Assembly (NCBI GenBank): GCA_965649765.1 | Contig: OZ287755.1 | Span: forward strand, 39,246,001-39,310,000 | Source of the DNA: Bispira polyomma | Lineage: Eukaryota | Reading direction: 5' to 3' | Length of the DNA stretch: 64,000 bases | Shown here: in pieces, positions 33,897 to 46,188 of the stretch | Layout of the letters: each line of letters starts with the position of its first letter | Position numbering within the stretch: the first letter of the stretch is position 1 | Program-made: the position numbers and the translations under genes | Notes under the pieces: generated by a model | Seen by the model: only the letters and a program-made list of their open reading frames with translations | What the model was told of the DNA's origin: nothing | Database searches by the model: none

Positions 33897-35744
33897 AGTG
33901 TGTGTGACACGTAAGAAAAACTTCGCTTCTCTGAAAATACAGGTAGTTTCTGTTACATGGAAAATCTAGCGCCTAAAAAGTGCTAGGTGAGATAGATTAT
34001 TGTGGACTTTCTGGTATTTCTACAGGTGTCTTGGGGGTTGCGATATCAATGACTAATTTCATGGCATCAAATCCGAACTTTATCTGGGTCTACATACAAT
34101 CTATGAATTGTTTCCTATCTTCTCTGTACAAACCGCACTTTTCTTTGACAATCTTCTTCTTCAGAACCACTCAAGGGACCAGTGTGAAAATGTGCTTACC
34201 ATATCTAATGGAAAAAATGGTTATGACATTTGTACAAATGTTTTAACTTTTAGAGTTATAAATGTTTACTTCACTACTAAGATTGAAATGTATTTGGAAT
34301 GTAATGTATTATGTACACATTTAGGAGGTACTGGGTTATACACGAGAACTTTATGTCCACAGATAGTTGAGTGAAAATATTTATAGTAAGAATGTTTGAG
34401 ACTAAAGGAGGATTTTAGTATATCGGGAGGTGAACAGTTGGATCTGAAAGGCATTGTTTGAGTGAACTGAACACACAATGGAAATCGAGTTAAAACGGTA
34501 TTATTACATTAAAATGAAAAGGGCACTCAGTAGAGTGCATACCTCGACGAAGGTCCTACAGTTACAAAAAAGTGAGAAAAACCAAATACTTACTACTCCC
34601 TTTTACCTGTATCCACTTCCAACATTTCGTGGACTATTGTTTGCCCTAATGTCCATTCCTTGTTGTGTATCACATTAGTCAACAACCCCAAAAACCTAGG
34701 GACGATATCCACTGTCTTTCTCTAGGTTCAATACCTTTCATCTCTGAAAAGAGATACTCAGTTACTCAGCAGCTCTGCCTCTTTACATTAGTAAATTTAA
34801 TCGGCTAGAGAGCAGCTACTATAAGTGCCCACAAACCACCCAAGGTTATGACATCCTCGGTCGGTGGTTTACAGTCGCTTTAGCACTGCATGGTTTTTTT
34901 CCACCATTAGATCTTGCCGTCGTGAGATGACCTAAGCTGCTGAAGCCGCATAAAGGCCAAAATCTGTCTAGGGTTCACAGGGTGTAGTGAAAACATTTTT
35001 GGCTCTGGAGTTGTGGGTTCAAATCTTGGCCATGACATGGGTGCGGTGGTAGAGTAGACTTGCTGTTATACAGTACAACTAATGTTATGCTGCTCTCGTC
35101 CCCCAATAAACTATCCTCTATATATTAATTTAAAGTTTTTAAAAGTGATAAAACCCTAACTCAGTGTCAAATCTCACTATTTCCCTCTAATGGTCCATTC
35201 ACATTGAACCGAATGCAGATCTACGGATTTGTTGGTTCTAACAAATTAGCATGGGCATTCACACTGACAATATAGAAAGCTCTTGATAAATAAGAGCATG
35301 TGGAAAAAAAGCAACACCATCTAAAACAAAAGGACAAAAGTGACACATGGGCGCAGGATTTGGATGAATATTTCGGCTGTGCATGTACTGCAAGTGTATC
35401 ATTTCGGTTTTGTGTATATTGCCGAATTCATTGATAAATTAGCATTCGGTGCAATGCAAGTATACTCCTGTTCTATAAACACCCACACTTGTGTAGGGGG
35501 AGTGTAGTTTTGTTTCCCTTTGGTTTGTTACATTAAATCAATTTAGAGGCTGGTGTGAGTGTGTGTTTATACATTTAGCCTTTCTTCAAGGCTTATCTTT
35601 GTCCGAAAGGCTTATTAGATTTGGAAACTAATTCATATAAATATACATCTATTTAATTTTAACATAATGTATTCATATGAGTCGCTGCCTTTCCTGGTCA
35701 GCTAGGGGGAATAATTATTACTTATATGAATTAACCATCTATGT

Positions 35745-36120
35745 GGATTTGCGGTTAGAGTGTCTGACTTTGAATCTGAGGGTCCAAGGTTCGATCCTCG
35801 CTGCTTGACTGGAGATTGTACCTACTGTAGAGTTATTTGTAGTTGCACACAACAGGGGAGGAGGCACGAAAAAAAACATTTAAAGATTCCCAAAGACACC
35901 TTTTTCATAGACTGCTAAAATTGTCCCTGTCTACCCTGGTGTATAAATGGGAACCTGGCCGCCAAAGGCTGTAATGCGGTGCACTGTATGTGGTAGCATG
36001 GCGACTATATGCCCCCTTAGTGAGTTGAGAGTGAACAATTGGCTGACACAAGTGGAAGAAGCTAGGCTAGGGGTTTAAATTGTGAAAAGAGAGCGCTATA
36101 TAAGTGCATATTTACATTTT
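35745..36120 (+). mobile_element. SINE family A copy with internal insertion
   Basis: ggttagagtgtctgacttt..GGTTCGATCC..gtgtataaatgggaacctggccgcc. Confidence 0.8.
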
Positions 36121-36859
36121 GTATTGGGTTCCAAAACCAAATGGACTTCCTGACAATACATGGGCCTTTGTCAAGGCTAGAGTGTATGTATTATTGTTTT
36201 CAGAATGTTTTCAGCATGTTTGGATGTCTGTACAGAAAGGTGTTATCTCCCCGTACAAATACACACAGTCAGTTTGTTTGTTAAATAAACTCTAGTGTGT
36301 AGATTAGTGTGTGCAGGCGAAAAAGGTTTGAAGTCTTTTACCACCAAAAAGCAAAGAAATAATATAACCAGTGTTACATAGGTTTAATTATGTGTGTATG
36401 TGTAGCTCTCTACAACTATAGGGCTACCAGAGCCACTACAACCTAAGACCAGCCTCGCCCCTAGGCTACAATTTGCTATAAATTAATCACATCTTTTTAA
36501 GAATTTCAGTAATGTAAATGTAGGAAAAATCAAAATCACAACCATTAAAAAATCCCATTAATTTCAAACAGGGTTTTACAATTCCTGTATGTTGGCTGTA
36601 TAAGTACTAATTTCAAAGGGTTAACTGAAAGGGTTCAGTGGATCCTCCCCTACACATGTTTTTTTTTTTCCAAAGGAGCCTGAGTAGTTATTAAAATCAA
36701 CAAAAATGTGTTTTTCTGTGAATGTGCACCTGGAAGTAAAGTGCAAGTGTACCTAAACATAATGTGCTCGTCTGATTCTGGTATTTATCACACACAGATA
36801 ACTGTTCTTTTAGCAGCTAAAGAACATGTTTACTGGAGATTTGTTTTTTTATTTTAATT

Positions 36860-37097
36860 GGGGGTAGTGGATGGGATTTAACGTTGCTTTTAACACGTTG
36901 TAGGGGGCATATATATGTTATGTAGGTATATCTTACTGGTGGGGAAAAACAGTGCATACTAGTTGGTTTAAGAGTTTTCACTGTAAACCACCAACCATGA
37001 GCAAGTAACTGCCAACTTTTCAACTCCAAGGCTTGGGCTAAGATTCGAACACAGGAGTGGGAGGCGAGTCTGTTACCAGTGCACCACCGAGGCCCCT
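36860..37097 (-). mobile_element. tRNA-derived SINE (family C-related)
   Basis: Minus strand GGGGCCTCGGTGGTGCACTGGTAAC...GTTCGAATC, then ggtggtttacagt body. Confidence 0.75.
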
Positions 37098-37579
37098 TAT
37101 ATATATTTGTCATAAAAACAATTTAGGAAAATGCAGATTTAGAGGCTGAAGGAGTATTGCTGAAATTAAAACAAGTTAGATAATATAAATCTTTGTTACT
37201 TGTAAGAGTATTTTATAATTAATTAAATGTGTACATATTTAAATTAGTCCAGAACAGGAAAACACCAGCATTCAGCAAGTCTACTGCCACACCCTCTCCA
37301 ATATGCATGCCACAGGCAATAATTTGAATCTCCCATAGCTAAAATAAAAAATATTATTACATGCATATTGGATTTCTAAAGTTCAACTCACTCACAATAT
37401 CCAGTAAACCCAAATAACCACATAACAAATGCCTTTTCAATCTCAATAGTTTTTTTATCTTTTGTTTTCACATTAAATCACCCACCACACGATTTACATT
37501 TGATCTGAACAATATCTGCAGTGAAAAGGCAGAACTCTTGTACATTCTGTTAATATGTGTACATTTACCATCAAAAACT

Positions 37580-37606
37580 GGGGGGGGGGGGGGGGGGGGG
37601 GGGGGG
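37580..37606 (+). repeat. G27 homopolymer
   Basis: 27 consecutive G. Confidence 0.95.
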
Positions 37607-38119
37607 AATTAAACGATTTCCTAAATAAAATCAAGATCTTGTGTATAACAATGGTTATAGTGACGTAAGCTATACAGATCTAGATATATGTATATACATA
37701 CAATAATATACATACAATATCTCTTTGGATGCATATATAAGTACTGAGGTTATATAGTTACTGTAAAGTATGGCCAATCTGCCAGGATTTGGGTACTGTT
37801 TTTAGAGCTTAATTACAGTACACCCTTTGATGTCCTTGTAAATATAACCTATAGATTGTGACCTTGTAGTGACTTCAAAGTCCCCTGTTAGTGCAATAAT
37901 GTTCTAACTTTGGGGTGATATATAAAATATGGTGCAGTTACCCCATAGTAAATTCTACACAGGGATGTATTTTGAGAGAGTTACGGTAGTAGATTGTTTT
38001 TGTTTTTTCCATTCATCCTCTGTGCCGCAAATATGTATATGTATGTAAGGTCTCTGGTAGCCTTGTGTAAGGCTCTATATTCACATATATGATGATATAA
38101 TATTATTAAATATGAAATA

Positions 38120-38380
38120 ATAATTATCATTTGATAAAGTAGCGCAGTTGTGAACATCACTGTTATCTAATGCGCTTTGACATTATTACCCCAGCTTGGG
38201 TTCTTCCACTTTTAAACCAATTGTTCAGTCTCAGCTTTCTCAGGAAGCATACTAGCCATGCTGCCACATACAGCGCACCAAGACTAACACCAGATAGGGA
38301 CAACGTTGTGTAAAGTATCTTGTCCAGGGTATCGGACCAGGACCCTTAGATCCTTTAAATCCAAAGTCCCACACTTAAGC
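38120..38380 (-). mobile_element. SINE family A copy, internally deleted
   Basis: Reverse complement of tatgtggcagcatggctagtatgct...gaagaacccaagctggggtaataatgtcaaagcgc. Confidence 0.8.
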
Positions 38381-38609
38381 TGTACCCTTGCCACAAGCAC
38401 AATATTTTAACAACATTTCATTAACAACAAATATGTGATTAAATAAATTTTTAAAAATTAAACTTTTTTGTTGTGCTTAAATAAATTAAATTTAATGTGG
38501 GTGTTATATCCTCTAAACCTCCCTTTTTTGTTTGGAAAGAGTCTGAGAATTAAGACTAGATTAAGACTTTTGGTGGTTGGTTTACAGTACCTTAATACTG
38601 GTTTGTATC

Positions 38610-38797
38610 ACCATTAAAAGCTTAAAACCTATCAGTTTAGCCTTCCCACTGTAGTTTCCCTCCTGTACACCCCCACATCCTCTCTTGCGACTTTTCTATG
38701 TTCATGGATCACACAATTGGATTACTGATTCTTCTGTTGCACTTTAGAAGATGCCTAGCATCATTTAATAACGTTAAAGATGTATAATAATAATAAT
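38610..38797 (+). mobile_element. L2/CR1 3' end fragment (same family as 130-580 and 32905-33896)
   Basis: aaagcttaaaacctatc...ctttagaagatgcctagcatca...(TAA)n. Confidence 0.8.
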
Positions 38798-39838
38798 TAA
38801 ACCAGGGTCGCTTTGGCTTATTTGTTAGAAGTCCCTGCTTCACAACCACTGGTCTCTTAGTAAAATGTATTTTTGAATCTTATTCGTTAATTCATGCGGC
38901 AAATATTATTAGGTACTTGCTGTAGGGTCAGTGGTTTACACAGTGGCTTTAGCACTGGTTTCTTCCACGGTTAAATTTGGCCGCCATGATATGACCTAAG
39001 CTTTTGAAAACAACCCCAAAAACCACATAAATTTAAAAAAAACCAATAACATAATTTGCTGAGAAGTAGATATCTATCTTTGACAAGAAAAGATCCATGT
39101 TACTTATTATTGTATTGTATTCTATATTTTTAACATGACTTATTGATGCGAAGCATCTTCTAAAGCACAGCAGCCGAATCAATCAACCAATTATGTGTCC
39201 TGCAAAATAGCTTGGATCGTCATCAGTTGGTAATTGTGCAATGAACCTAGCGGCAGTAGCAGTAGTCGAACTGGGGGACTTTCCAATAACATTATGATCA
39301 AGTATATGTATACTTATTTGAATTTTTTTTCGTTTGGTGATAAAGCTGAGCCTAAGGCAAGGCTTGGTCACTATGTAATATTATTGAGAAAATGTGTGTA
39401 CAGTTTGTGGTGATGATGCAAACTGCTATGTACAAGGACACATCTATTGTATGTATAGGAGTGATGTAAACCAGGGCCAGAGTCATGTGAGTGTATATAC
39501 ATTAGCCTTTCTACAGGCGTTATATATAAAAATCTAATTCAACGTTAACGTACACGTAACAACATCTTAATTTCAGACCAAAAGTTTATGAGTACATGGT
39601 GATAAACGAAAGGTGTAGATATGTTTCCTGAATTTAATGCAACATGAGTGTGACTTTGTGCCAAACATATTAGCCTTTGTCGAGGCTATTTCTACAGCTT
39701 ACAGCTTTATGAGCTTAATGTGACCAGCCGACAGATTTAAACCTACTACTTTACCTTCTCTATCTGGCAGAAAATGGCCATCTGACAGATTTATTGATCT
39801 GCCCCAAACCAAACACAGGAAATGCTAAGGCTTTCAAA

Positions 39839-40278
39839 TGCCGTGGTCACACTGCATTAGAAAACGAAGTGAAAAACCGTTTGAAATCGGAAAACGTTGC
39901 AAAAATCAAATGTATCGGCCATTTTGTCACGTTTAGTACCCATCTGTACACGTTTGTACACACATTTAATACGCTTTAATAGCCGTTTCAACTCGTTAGC
40001 CACGTTTATAATAATTTGTTAGCCTTGTTAGTCATATTTATAAATACGACCACAACTCATTTTGGGAAAACTTTCAGCAAATGGCTAAAAATGGTAAAAT
40101 ATTTCGAGCAGTCCGAAAATTAAGATATTTTTTTAAAAAACAGGAGATAACTAAATTTAAGGTACCATCTTACTCACGTTTTGCTTATGTTTACTTACAT
40201 TTACTACGTCTCACTTACGCTTGGCTTATGTTAGCCATTTTTTCGTAATCGAAATGTAAGGCCATTGTGACCACGGCA
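39839..40278. mobile_element. ~440-bp MITE (PIF/Harbinger-like)
   Basis: TIR TGCCGTGGTCACA / TGTGACCACGGCA. Confidence 0.7.
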
Positions 40279-41536
40279 TCAGTCTTTCTCACACTATGGA
40301 TGTGTGTACTAGAATATACACTGGTCAAATTAGGGGAAATGCTGACATAACCAGACCAGTGCTTCAGGTGTGTGATAGATACATTTGTTTTGAATATCGC
40401 CCCCTGTCAAATTGCCCCCTGATATATTACCCCTGTAATACCCCTACACAATATCGCCCCCTGTGATATTGTTCCTTGATGTATCACACCCCTCCCCCCT
40501 CCCCCCTCCCCCCCTCCTATGTAATATCACCCACCATATTAATTCACTGTACGACCTTGGCTCACTGACCTCCATATATCCAGAGCACATTGGCGTCCAG
40601 CAGAAATGGTAGCCACGATTTAGAACATTGTGTGAAATTATCCGGGAAGACTGTTTAGCCAAATTGTACCTGAAGCTGGATGTCCAAGTGCTGCCAAGCA
40701 GTACCAATAACTGTCATTCCTCTAACTGAAAACATAAGCTTGAGGGTAACCATGGGTTTAGACCCAAGGACAAAGAAGACCACCTTTTTAAATGGTCATT
40801 GGTCGTATTCACAAGGTATTTACATAAGATCGCTAAATGCAAAGTCAGCACTAAGCAAAGATCTTTTTTACTGTCACTGGGACTAAAGACCAAAGTCTTA
40901 AACATTTTCGGTCACAATCAAAGACCAAAATCTTAAGACTAAGACCTGTTGTGAATACGGTCCCTGGGGCGCTATGAATGTATGTCTGGACCTGGTCACC
41001 CCGGGTTAGAATGTAACCAAAACCCTGTCTGGTCCTATACAAGTGTGTTAGACATTAGGCCACATGGCCCGATTGTCACCCCATTGTCTCCAAGTATAAG
41101 GCCATGTTACACAGTATTGACAAAGGTTATAACACTCTAGTAGTCCATTCACAGGGTTTGTAACTGTAAACCATGTTTTATTGGATGTTTTGATCTGTTT
41201 AGACTTTTATGTAACATGTGGACGTATTTACTGACCTTTAAAATTACAGATAGTTACAAAGAGAGTTTTTTTTGTGTGTCTATTTATTAGAGGGACCACT
41301 TGTACAAACAGACATCAGTAATAGGACTGGCTGGTCTGTACTCTATACACTTATAAATCGACTTGTTTGTTGTTGGTATTTTGATTAGTAAACAATAACA
41401 ACAAAGCACAGTGTAATAGCTGTACACACAAACAGAACCTTTCCTAAGGCTCAAGTTCATCACCAAAGGCTAAATTTTTCATATTCTGGTAGCCCTGTAC
41501 AATATGATGCTTTCCCTCTGCCAATAAACTGTCCGT

Positions 41537-44500
41537 TAGTTGGGTCATTTAGAGTTCTTCCGTGACTGTGGAGAGTGAAGGTTTGTTTCTCTGGATTTGT
41601 CTTCCATGAAGGCTAAATAAAAAATTTAGCCCCCATGCCCCTCACAAAAATGCGTGCTAAATCCATGAGAGCTGCAAACCCAAAATAGCCGCTGGCACCC
41701 ATTTTGAATATTATCTTTTTAATGGTTTAGCCTACAATGCTGCATAGTACATCATTTCTGGGACTTTTGGGGTCAAGGAATTTATATTTGATGTTGTTTT
41801 GATGATTTGTGGGATTTTTGACCTTTAAATCTAAGATGGCTGCCAATTTTTAACTCTGGAATCTCAATTTTTAAAAATTTATCATAAGTCCTTTACAATA
41901 GGCTCTAATAAAAGCTATCTTTGTGTTGAGTTGTGTTAAAACAGTAAAACTATAAGTAAATGCATTAAGGTCATCTCCGAGGTTAATGTCTGTGGTTGGT
42001 CAGAACCAAACATTCAGTCTGGGCGTACTCGTCAGCACTTTCCATTCAGAATTGCTATCTCATCCCTTGTCATCAATGATGAACAGCTCCTCCAGAACCT
42101 TGCAGCATGGCTCTCTAAGAAGATCAAGGACACAGCTACGCTCCTCTGGCCACCTCATATCATTCATCTTGAAGAAGGGGAAGAGATATGCAAGTTACTT
42201 GTAAAGTTGTTAATTTAGTTAAAAAATAAAGTCTCTGAAGCAGAAAACTGCTGATTTCAGCCCAACTACAGACAGCCTTGTATCGATGATCACCTACCAT
42301 CTCACTGGATAGTGCACTGCCACTGATATTAAATGTAAATGTCCATGTTATGACAATGACTAAAGATCTGGTGTCAACTCTGCACAAAAGTGGTTTCTGC
42401 ATCAGTTATGTAGATACATTGATCCTCTATGATTATTGGGAAGGATGTTGAGGCATCAACAACCTGCCCTCCATAGATTGCAGATGATGAACCAGCCATT
42501 GTGATTGTAAACAATGACGACTTCAAGATCATTACTATAATAAGCAATGCATCAGGAGTTTATCGAATAAATGTCATGTTTGTGCAGCATAGAGCTAGGA
42601 AAAGAAATTAGATGAAAAGCCTGATGCAAGGCTGATCAAGAACGAAATGACTGCACAACTAAAGCAAAAGTATGCATACATGCATACAGCTCATAGCAGT
42701 AGTCCAGCTCGTCCTGAGGTAGATCACTACCTTAGGAGCCATACATCACTCACCAAGAGTAAGCCCTACATACCACACAACCTATCCTAAATCGCCAAAC
42801 AAGTCAGTGGTGCATGACATCATGGTAAAATTTGTGGGTGCTATGCACAAGAAGAATATTCCATTCTCATTTCTCTTAGGTGACATGCACACCTACAAGA
42901 TGATCATGCAGAGTAAGGTAGTTAATCTGGAACTGTTCAAGGACATCATCCCAATTATTGGTGCAATCCACCATTACATGTCCTGCATCTATGTTATATA
43001 CAAAAGATTCAAAATCTCTAGCATGGCAGACACTCTTGGTACTGCAGGGGTAATAATGGAGGGGTCTGTTTACCAAGCATTATGAGGAAAGTACTACAGG
43101 CGGGTGTGTGCTGTATCCTGTTGTGGAGAGAGGCTCTTATCCAGAAACCACTAAGAGAGATTCTTAAACATGAGGAACTATTACAGAACATCAAGCAAAA
43201 ACCTCACAGTGATCTCCAGAATGATGATGAAATGAAGGAAATGATCAGTAAAGTTTACAGGAAACCTGGCACAGACATAGGACTTTGAGATTTAATTCCT
43301 GGAGATGTCAGACTCTATTGTACAGAGTATTGATGCATGTCATGCAAGAAATGGAACAAGGTAATTGTCATCAACATACAACATGTTTGCTTGACTGATG
43401 GCATATAATAATCATGACTATGGGAGTTGGTTCCTGGTTATTGGTCAATCATATTGGGTTATCCCTGTCAAAGGAGCAAATGGCCTTCTTTTGACTCACT
43501 TCAACCAATTTGATGACATACTACCATACTCCTGCCAGACACTGGACCTTTGAATAAAAATCACTAGGTATCTAAACTCTGAGCTTTAGATACTTTGGCA
43601 AAGGAATACAAACAACATCGCAAGGGTGAGGATTACTGTGACAGTTGCCACAAAAAGCATGTTAAGTGTCAGCCAGTGAGGATGAAGAGAGAAGAGCAAG
43701 CAGTTCAGGATCTGCATACATGCATGAAGGATTTTGAAGCTGAGCCCTTTGACAGCGCCTCATCTGCATTGAGGTCATTACAGTCTGGCCTAGTCGCCTA
43801 ACCAGATTTAGTATGTGACTTCAAAATCCCAATTGCAGATGGTCAAGCTCAGGTTAAAATCATCCTGCAAAATCAAACCTCTCACTGCCACCATCTACAG
43901 GAATAAGATAATTTTGCTGGTGAACAAATCTGTGCACCTCCTGGTGCATCCATTAAGGTTGAGAGTAGAGTCACTGATGAGTGTCTCTCACTCTACAATG
44001 TAGATGGGTAAAAGTACAAAGTTTCTAAAGCTGTTTACTCTAGACCCAGTTACTAAGCAACCACAGGATTATATCAGCCTCATGGACATGCTGGCTACCC
44101 TCCAATATGAAAGAATTTGTCCTCCTAATTGTCTATGCTGAGAGGGTAGATGTTACCTGTCGGCAGGCCAGAGCTTTCAATTGGCACAAATTGAAGAAAA
44201 AGAGTAGAATCCACCTCTCCATTTAGAAAGGACTAACTACCTTACATATTGCCAGCTCCATTACAACCTACTAGAGCATCTTTTCCCCATTGTCCATAGC
44301 TGGGAAATTGACCATGGCTGAATAGAAAGTACCAACCAGTACATCACCCCCTTAACCTAGCATTTTACACCTCGCGACTGTTTGGAGTGACAATGACAGT
44401 AGTGGTGATGATGAGAGGAGTAAATGTGAAGGATCAACAGATTCTGATAAAAAAGTATTGATCCAGTAATGACCATTAGTGACTAAACTAGTTATTGTAA

Positions 44501-45104
44501 AGCTGTAAATTGAGGCTCAATACCATGTACTTCCCTAAAATAAAGTGAATATATATGTCAAATTTATTTAAATAAATTCAATTTCTTTAGTTATCTCCAA
44601 TGATTTTGTGATCATAAAGTCTTTGTTCTAATTAACAAACATTAACCTTTTTGACCTCTGAGATGACCTTGATACATTTACTTATGGTTTTATTGTCTAC
44701 AACACAGCTGAACATGAACAGTGCTTTTCGTAGAGCCTATTTTGAAGGCTTTATGTTGACTTTGAAAAATTAAGATTTCAGAGTTAAAAATTGGCAGCCA
44801 TCTTGGATTTGTAAGTCAAAAATAGGTCAAATAATTTTAAAAACCCATCAAATATGAATTTCTACACCCAACAAGTCCCAGAAATGATGTACTATGAAGC
44901 ATTGTAGGCCAAACCATTAAAAAGATAATATTCAAAATAGGTGCCAGCGGCTATTTTGGATTTGCAGCTCTCACAGATTTAGCACGCATTTTTGTGAGGG
45001 GTATGGGGGCTAAATTTTTTATTTAACCTTCATGGAAGACAAATTCACTGAAAAATGAACCTTCGCTCTCCACAGTCACGGAAGTACTCCAAATGACCCA
45101 ACTA
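41537..45104 (+). mobile_element. Academ-type DNA transposon, internally deleted and decayed, ~450-bp TIRs, 3-bp TSD
   Basis: CGT|TAGTTGGGTCATTT ... AAATGACCCAACTA|CGT; TIRs ~41537-41985 and ~44651-45104; internal transposase remnants. Confidence 0.85.
42150..44330 (+). pseudogene. Academ-like transposase remnants
   Basis: GDMHTYK...IIPIIGAIHHYMSCIYVIYKRF...AGVIMEGSVYQAL*GKYYRR; FEAEPFD...LRSLQSGLVA; C-terminal WHKLKKK..HLERTNYLTYCQLHY..SWEI. Many stops and frameshifts. Confidence 0.7.
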
Positions 45105-45789
45105 CGTCGTGATATAACAAATAAAAATGACTAAATCAAGTTGAAAATTTCTATTAACAAATATTTCAAAGAGTTTGGGATGATCAGTTGAAAAAAGTTC
45201 ACCAGTTATTCTCACTAGACCACAACACAGAGTAGCATGGTCAGAAGACTGTACTGGCTGGTACTGGCTGGAGATTGTATCTGGCCACTGCACTGGTTGT
45301 ACCACTCTGAAAACAACATGACTACATAATTAGCCATCAAAGCCATCTATGTTTGTATGAAGTTTGGCAATGAACTAGACGATGATTGGTACATATACAT
45401 TTCCAAGCTCCAGTACAGGAAGGGTAGGGTGTCAATTAAGTCCTTATGGCCACATATTTTAAACCATGGCTTTTGTTGAGACAGTACGAAACTTTTCAAT
45501 TTACCGACTTGTTAAAGACCCCAGATTTCCGATCAAAATTCGCAACAGTGAGACCTATACTTCAGGGGTGTGTGTTTAATATACAAGAGATGGGTTATAT
45601 GCACAGGTCTCACAGTGGCAATTTTTGTTTGTGAAAAGTGCTGAAACTGACATTCTTAATGATTGGTAGCTTATTCCTCCTAATTGTAGTTCAATTTTCT
45701 CTTTTTTTCATTGTCCCTTTTTTATGAAAAATTATAAGTTTAAAATTTTTGAAATTTTTGTAACCCTTTACAGTTTTTGATTGCAAAAG

Positions 45790-46188
45790 TGGGACCCAGG
45801 TATGAGGCAGTATGACAACACAGAGGAGACCCAGACAGGACAGCTATGAGACCACAATGAGACAGTATGGAGATAGTATTGTGATTAATGCGATTTTTAT
45901 ACAAAATTGTAGTTTCATTGTCTCTCTTTTATGTCTCCTGCTTGTCCCTTGTCTATATCATCTTCTACTGTCACCAAACCAAATAAAGTAGGAGACAATA
46001 GAAGACAATGGCAATAAACAATAGGTGATCTCCCACATAACAACATCTAGTGTAGGTGATTACATAAAACTAAAGAGAGACACCAAAGAGAATCGTGGAC
46101 ATATCAGGGAGGACACTATGGAGAACCTTCTGGGTTTCATCATGGTGCTACTCGTCGCCTAGCCAATTCGCCTATGTGGGAAGGGGCC
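45790..46188. mobile_element. Partial MITE-like repeat ending ...CCTATGTGGGAAGGGGCC (relatives at 47843-48370, 52930-53130, 53580-53713)
   Basis: Shared tgtcaccaaac.aa.taaagt.gg.gaca core and terminal motif. Confidence 0.55.
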
